From assembly GCA_051362555.1 (NCBI GenBank), contig CM120642.1, positions 4,216,001 to 4,280,000 on the forward strand: a DNA stretch of 64,000 nt, given 5' to 3'. The position numbers and the translations under genes are program-made. Below, one piece after another: positions 13,405 through 26,564 of the stretch; positions within the stretch are counted from its first letter, which is position 1, and each line of letters starts with the position of its first letter. The DNA comes from Lingula anatina (taxonomy: Eukaryota; Animalia; Brachiopoda). The notes below the pieces were generated by a model. It saw only the letters and a list, made by a program, of their open reading frames with translations. It did no database searches and had not been told where the DNA came from.

Positions 13405-15451
13405 GTTGGATGGTGTTCACTGGGACACTATAACTCAAGGGAGGCTACAATTAAGGGAAAATTTTTCATCACATGAAATACATGTACTAGTGCATCTGTA
13501 AGTCAACATATATTATAAAACTAAAGGCATAAAATGCATCATTGGGGAGTGTAAATTTATCCTTGACTTTGGGTCTGAGGGAAGTTGGACAGTGAAATTT
13601 TGTAGACATGCTTTCTAATACTAGTAGATCCTCAGGCCTGCTTTGTGGAGAGAACAGTTTATATGCTGGTTTATTCAAATTCACTCACAAAATCTATATT
13701 CTTGCAATCATTTAATACTTAACGGCCAGTCAATTTTTTTCTGTGAAAATCTGTTATCATTGCCCTTTAAATTAAACCACCAAAGCTCTGCATACAGTTA
13801 AGAAACAAGACAGACAGACGGACAGACAGATGTCACAGACAAAAAAACAACCCCATGTAGGTGTATTAAAAATGAGGCCATCAGGCTCTCTTCATAATGC
13901 TTCTTGAACCTACCTCAAAGGAGAAGTTAATTAAGTTGCAGTAAAACCACGTCACATAATTTGCAATGAAAGTACGAAGCACACCTGATGATCAATAATT
14001 TTCCTTCAGTCACTTAGTGTAACTCAGCAGGTATATACTAAGTATTTCCAAGAAAAAATGTCACGCAGAAGCAGAATTATAATTAAAATTTGATCAAGAA
14101 TACTAATTTCCTTTTTAGAGTGCCTTGGGATATTCTCAAGTTGGCATGGGGCATACATGCACGCACAATAATATGATTTTAAGAAATAAATATGCATGAT
14201 CATCTAATGGCCAGGGATGAGACTGCCATGAAATAAGAAAGACAGAAAATGTGGCATGGGGTCAAGCCCCCCCCCCCCCCCCCCCCCCCCCCTGGGAAAT
14301 TGATAATTTTGGCTCCCAAAAAGTGACAGTTGGAAAAATGTCAGCACATCTGAAAGACACTTCATCAGAAAGGAAGTAATAAATCTCCCTTATTATTTTT
14401 CTACAAAATTTACAGGATTCCAAAATTAATTAGGTTTCAGATGTCTAATGCAGTCATTAGCAAAAAAGTTTCAATTATACTTCTTTCTTCTGAATCATCT
14501 TTATTTAGTTAAGACTCAATAAACTGTTATAAAAAATAACCTTTTTTCCTTACAATTAGGAATGAACTTTCTCATAAACACCAAGGTAAAAGGAAACCCA
14601 GCTCCCTCTCTAGGATTGAATTGGTTTCTGCAATACATATAGTAAAGACACAGGCGCCCTCTATACATGTGTACTGTCACTAGAGTTAATTGCTGTATCC
14701 ATAACGTAACTGATATATACTAAATGCATTGAAGACAAGGAAATTGCATAGAAGCTGAACAACAGTTGTAAAGGCCAAAATACATACATGTATATAACTA
14801 GATCAATGCTAAGTTAGTAAACTATCCCAAGAGCTCCATCAATAAGATCTTAAAGACCTATTATCCATCTCCCGCTTTATCTGAGCCACGGCACTGAAAC
14901 ACAATTACTGTATGACCTTGTTTTAGTATCTGAGGTCACATTGGCATATTCTGCTTTAAACCACACACCAAACTTATGATTAATTAAAAAAAATTTTTTT
15001 TAATTTATCTAAGCACGCAATTAACCCTCATAATATTCCACGGCACAATAGTACAGGTATCTTATTTTTTTACCTATTTTACTAAAAAATGATATCGATA
15101 TGGTTTCTCTAAAGTCACCTCATGAACAACTAGGGTCTGCATGGTTATGCACCCCTCCCCCCACAACCCTTAAACTGCATATAATCACTTAGCTGAAGAA
15201 TGTCTGAGGGCTGTGCACTACTAATTACTTTGGTATGAAATCGTCTCCACTGACAAAAACAAAATTAATGCTACATCTGGTGAGGAATGTGTTCCTGTTG
15301 ATTGCTTAAAAATTGCACAGGGTGCCATACAATAATTCTGTAACAGATTATACAATATGGCAACCTGTTGTCAGAGAGTAGCTGTTTGGAAATTATAATA
15401 AACTACTTAATTAACCATGACTTAATTGGCTTGGTTCATTAAAAGGGTTAT

Positions 15452-15496
<45 letters not shown>

Positions 15497-18003
15497 AAGC
15501 GCAACGGGGGGGGGGGGGGGGAGCTGAAGATGCCTTACTGAGGTAAAAATTTGTTTCAACCAGTTTACTTACCATTTAAATTTCAACATAGAAACACCTT
15601 CTTTAGTCTCAAATCCTTCACTTGCCCCTAAACCTTTCATTATTCCCCAAGATTATCCATAATAAATGCTGCCATTCTCTCTTTAGCCCAACAGAAAGTC
15701 AGAGGTTAAAATCTTCACCAATATTTCCCCATAACCACAACACACTCAATAGTCTACACTTTCCCAGCACTTAATCAATTGTAATTTTCCAGCCAGCTTC
15801 AATTATATTATAAGCAAGGAGTTGTATGAGATCTAGATCAAGCCACTGAGCTTATGGAATGGGCCACTGGTTTTTCCACATAATTTGGAGCTGCTGCATT
15901 AATTTAATAATTTAATTTGACTTTCCACAATAGGAAATTTGAAAGCTGTACAGAATATCATATCCTTTGGTCATAGGTGCTATTTACTAGTACTTTTATC
16001 TTAGAATGAAAAGTGTAAAAATGGGGAAAGTACAGTGCTTACGGAGTACAACTGAAAGAAAACTGTGATATGTCTTTCCTTAAAGCCACATCAATTAATT
16101 CTTTACCAATGTACTGTCTCACAAAGCATTTAGTTCTAACATACCGGGTATGGCAACAAATTGCCCATATGCAAACAAAAGTAAAGGGTTCATTAGACTG
16201 AAGTTGAATATATATTTCTCAAGCAGGGGTTTTCCCAGGATTCCAAAATGTGAATCTGAAATTTAGTCATTGATTTACAGGGAATTCAGCCCAAGCAAGC
16301 TCAACCAACCAACCCAATTTTTTTAAGCTGCCCAGCCATCTTTGGAAATATAGGCCCTCTTTTGAGGCTAATGGCAGTCAAAATGATGGCATGAATGGCT
16401 CTCTGGGGAAAACCTTGGGATCAAGTATGTAGGAAAATTTTGGTGTAAATTGCATACATATAAAATCTTTTCAGCAAGTTAAAAAACAATTTCTTATGCT
16501 GCTTTATACGATCATTTTCATAAGCTGGAAAATAGGGCATTTTCATACACGTATACGCCCTTCTTTACTCTAGGTGTGACAGCTAGCTAGGCCTAAATAA
16601 ACCCATGTATATTTTACATGTTTTTCAAAAGAAAGTGATACCAGTACTACCCTCCACCAGGGCCAGAGATTGATTTTCCACAAGATATTCACAGATACAT
16701 GTACCTGTATGTCTTTAGATAAACAGACCATCATTTGGTGCTGTGTGACCCTGTAACTTTTGGCCAAATGGAAGCAATTAAATCTGCATGTGCGCAGATG
16801 GCATTGTACCCACTCTGTAGGGAGCTACTTCAGAAGATACCTTGGTTAACTTCAATCTGAAGTAACAAGCAATTCAGAAGGGGCTATTTTTATCTGTCAC
16901 TATAAAGCAAGTGAAAAACTTCAGAGCAATTGACCATCTCGATTCCTGTCAGGGGGACTTAGCGGTACATATACATACAGTAGTTAAGTGGCAATTCCTG
17001 AGTAGTTACGCAAACAATTACCAGCCATGTAATCAACCTAGAAATTTCAGCACAGGGTCACAGTTTAAAGATTGACCATATTCAGCCAGAGACATTATCT
17101 ATGAATATCTAGTGAAAAATCAATCCATGGCCCTGGTACAGGATACAACAGGACCCACATAATTTAGTGAGTGCTAAATTTCAGGCACATTACATGTACT
17201 CTCTATCTTACTTACATTTCTATAAATATTACTATATATTGTTCCTATTTCAATTTCGACAGACTTCATTACCAGGTGACTGGAAATATCAAGTTCTGGT
17301 AAGTGCCAATTAAAGAGAGATCAAAAGCATACTGTTTTAAAACATCTTGCTTACAACCAACAAGTTGACCCTCATGCCATGTCCTCTCTGCTCTCCATTT
17401 CTACGGACGTGAGGCTTTGTTGTCTTTAAATTTCAAATTCCAAATAATCACAACACCACGAAAGCAAATACTGCATCTAGGATCTGTTCTTATACCAGCC
17501 TCGAAGTGATGGACCTGTTTTAATTAAGTACATTGACGCTTACCTGATATATTGGAGAAACTGGTACTAAATAACACAAGCAGCAGAGCATTCATGGCTT
17601 TTGTGGGTCTCTTATTTAGTCCTATACAGGAGAGTAACTATGGTGGGAGTATGTGGTGCTGAAAAATCCTGACGATCTCGATAAAAGCATCTTCCACTGT
17701 TATCAACACATTTCAATATAAGTATACTTTTCAGTTTGCACACTGTTAATTGCAAGAGAACAAAATGCATGTATTCTCTCCATAAAATATCCTTAAGTGT
17801 TTAACAGAAGCAGGCCTATTGACTTTTATTGATCCACATTTCTTTAAAACTACAGGATGTTCAAATGAAATAAAAATACATGGCTTTCAGCAAATCAATA
17901 GCTAGTTATTCAGTTTAAGTCCCGAGAGCAAAATTGTCAACGAATTACTGGATGTTGTTTTCATTCAGAATATCTAAGAAAATTTCCAGTTCTACTTTTA
18001 AGG

Positions 18004-18171
18004 CAGGCCCGTAGCCAGCAATTTCAAAAGGGAGGTTCTTTTTCTGAATAAGTGGAGCTTTTCCCATAAAAACCTCTTGTACCAAGATCAAATTTTACCC
18101 AGAGTCCACCTTTCCCAGCAAAAGGAGCAGTTCTTTCGAACCCCCCCGAACCCCCCCTGGCTACGGGCCTG
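18004..18171. mobile_element. Short non-autonomous element with 15-bp perfect terminal inverted repeats
   Basis: CAGGCCCGTAGCCAG ... CTGGCTACGGGCCTG; no clear target-site duplication. Confidence 0.65.
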
Positions 18172-19679
18172 CAAGGGTTTCTTAAAATTGAAAAACCATC
18201 AACTTTCTAATCAACAAAGTTCATATCTCATACCCCAGTTGCGAAAATGGGCAAACTGGCAAGCTGTCATCTATTCTAGGAATTGTGGAGGTTCTCTTTC
18301 CAGTGACCAATTCATTATCAGCTAACACCATATATTGCCCTCACATTCCCCAGACAATACATTGACGTAATGGTATAAGGGAGAGCAATTCTTTACGTCA
18401 AGACGGACAACAAATAAAATGCAATGATAAATAATATCAATATGTTTCCAACAATTTCCCCTTTAGATTAACCCTATCCCAGCAAATGATGAATGATGAT
18501 GAATGTTCCATTGATTTTTTTGTGGTATTTTATATCAAAAGGATCCAGCTTTTGGATTTATTCAAACTCAGTCTAATCATGGAGCTGTACGTACCAGTAC
18601 AGTACTATATGCCAGTAGGTGGGCTTAAAATGCAGAGAAAATTATGTTGAACTTTTCTGAACTGATTAAGATGAAGTATGTGAGAAACAATACCAGACAA
18701 TTATTTCTTATTTTTCTTCCACTCTGTTTCAGTGTGTATGTACATAAGTGTGTGTGTGTGTGTGTGTGTGTCAAAGATCCAGGATTCAAGAGGGGGAATT
18801 AATTTGCACCCCCCCCCCTCTCCTCCTCTGGAATATCTTTGGTATATAGAAGACCAATTATTTCAATACAATGCACAGTAAGAGGAAGGAAACACATACT
18901 GGTATGCCATACTATTTTTTTTTTTTCATTATTTATTAAGTTTATTCAGTTCAATGTATAGTGCATATATATAGTGTTGGAAGAAATAAATTCACTGATA
19001 ACTTACTAAAGTATATAAACACAGCATTTTATCAATCTAAAATGTCATAATTACTTGTAGTTATGCATCTAAATTTAATGCTTATTTGAAACACCGGCTG
19101 AGATTCAAAGCACCTGCTGATCCAGAACAGTGTAATTAGAAAATATGCATCCAGGAAACTGGCTGAAACCAGATACGCCTGAATCTGTAGACTGATTAGC
19201 CTTTGCTGATAATATTCAGACTCTTAAGTCCAAGTGCACAGAAGTAATTGGACTTTGTACAGGGCTGCCACGTATTTCTAGAGAAACGAAAACATCCACT
19301 ACTCCCCTTTCCAATAAAATAACACTTGGTTATATTTTACATCACTGATGCCAGATTTTCGAAATAAATGATAGTAATGTTTTTCTTTTAAAGAAACATA
19401 CAGTTATGTCGACCATCATCAGTATTCATTGCTCACACAAAATATTAGGGTGATAACGAAACAAAAACAGAAAACCTTTGACTTTGTGCTTCGCATCGAG
19501 TTTTATTGAAACAGTTTCGCTGAGTTTGTGTGCTTTACGCTGTGTCTATTGTTCCAACCAATGAAAATTGTAATCACATTCAATTTTACTGAAAAACTAT
19601 ATTAATAAACAAACTGAATACATTTAAAGAATTTGTGTTATGCAGATCTGCTTAATAAAATACATAAGTAGCCAACCTG

Positions 19680-20155
19680 CTGATCGTACGATGGAAGACT
19701 CGGTGTCAAAACGTCTCTGTTAAACTGAATGTATCGCTCGCCTTGCTCTGGAAAAACTACGACTTCTTCTATTTGTTGGTTGTCCTCGAGGTGTCATGTA
19801 GATAGGTTCTTCCCAAAACTGAGCTTTGGACAGGTCTATGTAACCTTAAATTAAATATCTGCAGATTGTAAACATTGAGATCGAAGCTCATGCCACATTT
19901 GAACTCGCGCCCTCTGACCTTTGAACTTTTGTGATGAAATTGATGTAAGTTGTTAGTTTCATTCCGATAATTTGCAAGGAAGGGCTTTAATTTATGGGAT
20001 TGAGGAATAATATAGTCAAGAAAATATTCCTACACTACAACAAATACTTTGCCATATGCACAATTATTACAAAACTTTAAAATTTAGCAAAATCTACCCT
20101 CTTGCTGTTTTATCGAAATCGAGGCCTCTACACGGAGGTGTCTAAACTAAACATC
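19680..20155. promoter_or_regulatory. Candidate bidirectional promoter region between the NRPS-like gene (5'UTR exons) and EXD1
   Basis: Head-to-head gene arrangement, local CpG enrichment, minus-strand donor-like sites near 19675 and 17542. Confidence 0.4.
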
Positions 20156-23100
20156 ATGGCGACACGTGTAGGCAGCAAGGTTTTGTTGACTGCTGTGGAC
20201 GGAAGTTATGAGGGAATAGTTCATTCCTTCAGTGCAGATGGAAAACGTTTAGATCTGAAGAAAGGTGAGTATTTTGTTTTAAATTTTTATGGGGATAAGG
20301 AAGGTTTCATTCAACAACTTCAGCATTGAACTTGGGCTGTTAAGTTGCCGTGTAACTAAATCTACTGTTTTGATTCTAATTAGCTCTCTAGAAGTTATAT
20401 TGTAAAGATAAAACATTTGAAGATACCAAAGACAGAGCTAATATTTGCTAATCTTCTTTTCCAGTGGTGTCTTTGCCATCTAGGAAGAAGTTACCAGGAA
20501 GCCAGATATTCTTTCGCAATGAGATTTTGGAGTGTGAGTACCACATGTACTACTGTATTTACATAGTGCCCTCAATATTCATGAGTGACTACGAATGTAA
20601 ATATACTATATAACACCTGAATTATACAGCTTACCTGCATGAATGACTTAATAGAAATATTGTATTTTGCCTTGTTAACACTATTTTCTAACTTTTGCTA
20701 TTTTCTATATAGGCATTTTAGTTAGTTGTTTAGGTCAAAGACTGCTCACACATTTTTTCTTTTCCAGTAGAGGTATTAGAGGCTGCTAAAGAGGAAGATG
20801 AAGATGATGATAAGGAAGAGTAAGGGCTTTGATGTTATAATTTCCCCCTTTGTTTAAGTAGTCTGTGTTCGTATTTAATTCATAAAATGAGAAATATGTC
20901 AGTGGTTTTTATTCTTTCATCAGTTTTATGATGAAGCATCAATTCAGTTCTGCTTTTTCCTTTGTCCACTTTCGACGTATTCTCACTGAGACCACTTTTC
21001 ACATTCAGTTCAGCTGTAGACCCTATTACTGGGTACCTTCATTATAATTCTATTATTTTACAGAATCTTCTATTATAATAATATCTTTCTATTTTGCTTT
21101 GATGTACCTGTACTTTTATTACAGTTGATATTTTTCTTTGACAAACATAATTTGACCTACAGAATTTCCCTCCTGTATGCTTGTAACTTTCAATAACATA
21201 ATAGGATTCCATTTTGCTTTGATATATACAGTTTGACAGACAGGTGTCTCCTACGACCTAAGCAAAGTACTCCCCACCTGAAAAGACTTCATGACTTGGA
21301 ACACAACAAACTTTTGCTCAACAGGCCCCAGGACACTGAGGCATCCAGCGGTACAGCTCCACACAGAAAAACAAGGAGGAGTATAAAGTGTAAGAAGTGC
21401 AGGTTCCAGAGGGCGATTTCACTAAAGAAGTACAGCATGAAAATTGGTCTAAACATTTTTTCTACCTAAAATTTGTTCTAATGAGAAGAATTTATAGTGG
21501 ACTAGTCCACTCAAATAAAGTGGAGATTAATCTGATATAAAAGCTTTAATTTCTGTTTTTAAACAAGAAATAATCAAAAACGTAATCTTTCTTTCCTTTT
21601 ATGAAACAGGCACAATATTTTATTCAGTTGGACTACTACTGATTTATCTTAATGTTATAAAAAATGGTCTAAAAGATTAGACCAGCAACTGAACAAATTT
21701 TGAAAGAAATGAAAACGGAGAGAGAGAGAAAATTGGCACACGTGTTTGAGCTTTACAGTGTAGGGTGTGTGGCCAATGTTAATGTCTGAGATTACAGTTT
21801 GAAAACACCTTTAATCTGACTTCAATCATGTACTAGTAAATTAGTTTAGATCTATTGAACAAGTTGCCCTAATTGTAATTGAAAATTGTGGCACATTCCA
21901 GTTAAACCCCTGGAGAGAATATTTGAAGCCCACCACCCTGAGGAACCAGGGGAAGTTATCTACACTGTGGTGGATCAAATAGATGATCAGTTTGAAAAAT
22001 TGATGGATGTTGTGAGTAGTTTTTTTTTTTCAAATCAGGACAGGAGATCTTGATATATAATGTCATTGTAATACTGTATCAGTTCAGTTCAAGACATTTT
22101 GATATATAGAATAATTGTAATAGATTATACTGTATCAGTTCAGGAAGATGTCTGTGGGTCCAGGACAGGAGGTTTTAATATAGTATATAAAATAACTGTA
22201 ATACTGTATCAGTTCATTTAAGGAGATTTTGATATAAAATATAACAGTTTAATAAATACGGTAATACTGTATCAGTTCAGGGAGATGACTTTGGGTCCAG
22301 GACAGGAGATATTGGGCGTGGCCCTGGAGGGTATTAACCTAGGCAGAGGAGGAGAGCTGTGCTGGATACAGGTATGGACATAATCTTTTTATATTACAGG
22401 GTGCCAGTCTGAGATAAGGCACCTGCTTACTGTTAGTTTTTTCTTTTTGTATGATTTTTGAGTTTGGCACTACATTTACACATATTAGGGATAAATTAAG
22501 TTTCCTTGATTTTTTCCTTCATAATATTACAAGTTGCTTACCAGATTTAACTAAAATAGCATAATTGGGGCTACTGCACAAATTCTAAAATATATACATA
22601 TATGAATTCATAAAAATTTTGTGAATGAAATTATTATGACGTCACTAAGCCATTGTATTAAATACAGCTGTAATAAAGAAGTATGATGTATAGATATTTG
22701 CTTGGCTTGCTTGGTTAATGTTGAATGTCTCTGAGTTTCAGTTAAAATAGTCATTGGAAAATTTTAAAATTTCATCTTTTAGATAGCCTGCAAGGAATAT
22801 GTCTTCCTCTTTGATGTATTAACACTTGGTGCAGACTGCTTTAAGTTTGGTTTGAAGGACATTTTAGAGAGCCAAAAATTTCTCAAGGTTGGTCAAACCA
22901 CCATATTTTTGTAGGTTTAAGAATAATTAGTGCTAGACAGTGATATCTATGCATTTTGTAATGATGCCTGTGTTTTTTGTCAATTCACAACTTGTTTAAA
23001 AATTGATGGAAAGATTGAAGTGCATTATTTTCAGAAACCAGATCAATGCAGTTTTGTGATACTTGTTGTACAACTTCGTAATTGATTTGTTAATCATGTG

Positions 23101-26100
23101 ACATTCTAAAAAATTAAATATTAATACAGTGGAATTAAAAAAAAAATGAAATACATAATATCATCATACAATTTTAATTGTATTCAGTTTTTAAGTCAAA
23201 CAACCTGATCTTGATGAATTTAGAGAAAAATGTGAATGTTTTATCTGGTTCAATGAAAATTTTGATTACACCAACAGGTTTGAAATTTTAGCCTCAGGAA
23301 CCACTCAGACAAGTCCATCCTTTCACACAGTTCACCAAAATGTCAATCAGGCTTTTTTATTATCATTAAAATTAAAATTCCAGGTGATGCACAATTGTCG
23401 CCAGGCCTCGGACATTTTGTGTCATCAGTATGGCGTAGGTCTGATCAACATCTTTGATACCCAGGTGGCAGATATCATTGTGTACAAAGTGGAACATGGT
23501 GGAGATCTGCCCATGTATGTCAATGGCCTGACAGTACTGCTTGACAACTATTTGGAGGTGGACCCAGATGAAATAAGTCCTGCCATGGTGCGGGAACACT
23601 GTAAAAAGGTTGGTCGGAGCAGCCCATGGTTATTTTCATTATATAATATTTATATGTTTGGTTACCACTTGAAATAAAAACTCCTGTGAGCATTTTACTT
23701 TTACTGCACTTATTTCTTTTTCGTCCACAGCTTGACAAATTTTTGGGGTATCAAGGACCCTTGTCTGTTAAAATAAGTACCATTGATGAATCTAAAGCAA
23801 ATTTTGCCAACTTCAGTTTGAAACAATTGATTGATCTCTATGAGGTTTTCCATAAACTTAGTTAATCTGAATTCTCCACCAGCATCAGGGTGTAAGATAA
23901 GTAACTATTAAAAGTAAATAAAAGGGTAAAAAAGTATAACACAGGACACATGAAATGGAATACTATAAAAGACAAAGCCAGTACATATCGAGTCCTTTCC
24001 ATCCTGTAGGAAGACCTTCAGGTGTGGGCCAAGAGACCCTGTCCAGAATACCTGCTGGACATAGCAGTCAGGAATGTCTTGTACCTACGGGATCTGCGCA
24101 AAGTACTGATGGAGCGCATGTTAGGCGAGTTTGTTGCTGGAGTAGACCTCTTTCTCAGTGTGTTGAGAGATGCAGATGATGATAAGGCGTCCAAGGCATG
24201 GGTGAGTTTAGAGACAGGGCAAGTGTCAGTATCACCATCTATAGTCACTGAATCTAACTTGGTGATTAGACTAGTATAATTGCACACAGAGGATAAAAAT
24301 TAGCTTGCTATTCATATTGATCACAAATTTTGATTTTTCTCTTAAATTAAAAATCTCAGTTCAGAAAACCTATTTGTTTGTGTGTTTGTGGTTTAAGATG
24401 AAAAAGGTGGTTTTCTATAAAAAATCTCTGACAGAATAAAAATCTCCTACAGTTCGCCCGTCTTCTGATTAGAACACATCTTCCCATTGCCTTCCAGGCT
24501 GAAATTCACAGGCTTCCCCAAAGTTTTCAGCATATTCCAAGGAGACTGGAGCGCTACCCAAGGGGGAAAATACGTGAGGGAGATTATAATTCCCAGGGTT
24601 TCCGTGAAAACTGTAGTGGTGTCCGTGACAGCTACATGGTATACAGCCATTCGAGTATTTGGCATGCTCAGAGCAGTGGAAGAGGTATAAAAATTGGTGT
24701 AGAAGAGAAAGAAAAAATATTTATTTTCTGTAACCGGGGTTTTAAAGTAAGGTCACTTTTGTTGACAGTATCTCTGTAAATGTTTTCCTCAGAATCTTTT
24801 TAAGTAAGATATATTAACTAATAAGAAATGACATTATAGTGAAAATATTGTTGTTTTATATAATAAGTTTGTTTTATTTTTGAAAACATAATTTATTTTA
24901 GGCTTTAGGTCAAAACTGAACTTGTAAAAGTCAACAGATTGTTCTAACTTTGATAAAAGATAAATCTTGAAGACTTGTTACCAACAAAATGATTAAATCT
25001 TGTAAAATAATATGTAGGTTCCTTGTCCAAGACCTCAGTATTCAGCAGTGTCTAATCTTCTCCAGGTCGACCAGCAGACAGTGGGCCACTTCAGGCAAGA
25101 GCACCAGTGTCCAGTACATTTAAGTCAGCACCTGGACAGGTGACCAGTTCAAGGTCACCCACTGGTCAGGTGACAAGTTCAAGGTCACCAACTGGCCAGG
25201 TGACAAGTTCAAGGTCACCAACTGGCCAGGTGACAAGTTCAAGGTCACCATCAGGACAGATGACAAGTTCAAGGTCACCAACTGGACAGGTGACCAGTGA
25301 GCATTCATCACCAGAACAAATAGTTAAGACTAAGATGACCAGCGCAAAGTTGCTGTCTGGACAGCCGACTAGCTCAGTATTTCCATCGTCCATATCAACA
25401 GAGCCAGCTTACTTACAGCATGACTTACAGTACTCTTTACCTGCAGAGGTAACTTTGATATCTTCTGAGTCACCTGACAATCTGTGCTCCTCACCAGCTT
25501 TAAATTCTGTTGTGAAGGAGAGGAATAAATCAAAACCAACACAGCCTTTTTCTGGACAAAATTCTCCTCAAGTGCCACCTGCTAATTTTGTTCCTCTTCC
25601 TACCAAGCCTTTAGTGTTCAAACCAGCAGGACTAATGCAGAGTCAAGATTCCCCAGGGAGAACTAGCCGTGGCAGGACTGCTAACAGGAAGTTTTCAAGT
25701 GCAGGGGAAAGTGACTCTAGTTGCTCAGAAAACGATAATTGGAAACCTGGGGGTGCTTATACAAAGGACAGTGGAAGTTCCAGCTCAAGAGAGCATGCAT
25801 TGTTTCCCTTGGACAGTCGGAGCATAACATTTGGTGTTCCTAGTTCAGATCTGTCTGAAGTCCAAAAGACACTAGACGCAGCTGTCCAGCACAGATATTC
25901 AGGAAGTGGGAGCACAGTGCATGCTGGGATTTCAAATGAGGGAGCAACAGTGCCAAGAGGGAGGAGCAAATACAAAATCCCCTTCACATCTCCAGTTACT
26001 GCTTCACATTTGTCTGAACTCTCAGAAACCCCTGTGGCTTCACTTACACCTCAAGAAAATAGAATAGCAAGAAAGATGCCAGAAAACATTGACAGTCCCA

Positions 26101-26564
26101 ATGAGAATCTCCTCCTAAGAGTTTTGCAGATGCAGAGCAAATCTCACCCATCCCAGCAGAATTCCCAGAGAGACACTGCTTTTGATGGACCCTCAACAGT
26201 AGATACTGGCACTAGTGACACTGGTCACCAACAGGACTCCAACTCACTGACAGACAGTTTTGCTGTCAGTCCACCAGAGATTCAAAGAATGAACAACCTC
26301 CCCATAAGACCAAACACAAGGTTTTCTAAGCCAGGGAAACTCATGAGTCCACTCAATGGAAATGATTCACCAGTGTATAATTGTCATTACACTGGTGCAG
26401 GGAGTGGTGGTGATGGTCCCCGAGGAGACAGCACTGGTGGATGCCTGGTGCAAGGAGCCAGGGAGGGTGGGACCGGTTCTGAGGAGGTTCATGTTCCATC
26501 TGGGGTACCAAGGATGGCCAAAGTGTATGGCAAGGGACGGGCACACTACTTACAAATAGACTGA
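20156..26564 (+). CDS. EXD1: Exonuclease 3'-5' domain-containing protein 1 (piRNA pathway; Sm-like N-terminus + DnaQ-like domain + long Ser/Thr/Pro-rich tail)
   Basis: Approximate exons: 20156-20264, 20465-20533, 20767-20820, 21232-21389, 21902-22011, 22276-22371, 22783-22887, 23384-23608, 24011-24201, 24453-24685, 25066-26564. Motifs VGSKVLLTAVDGSYEGIV (Sm-like), GVALEGINLGRGGELCWIQ, FLFDV, KVMHNCRQASD, FDTQVAD, WAKRP. Confidence 0.85.
25131..25300 (+). repeat. In-frame 30-bp coding tandem repeat (PTGQVTSSRS, about 5-6 copies) in the EXD1 last exon
   Basis: Repeated unit ACTGGCCAGGTGACAAGTTCAAGGTCACCA. Confidence 0.9.

Noticed and set aside
25018-25065. Upstream AG at 25017 as acceptor of the last EXD1 exon
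   Set aside because: Leads to an in-frame TAA within 13 codons; the acceptor at 25065 has a better pyrimidine tract and opens the long ORF
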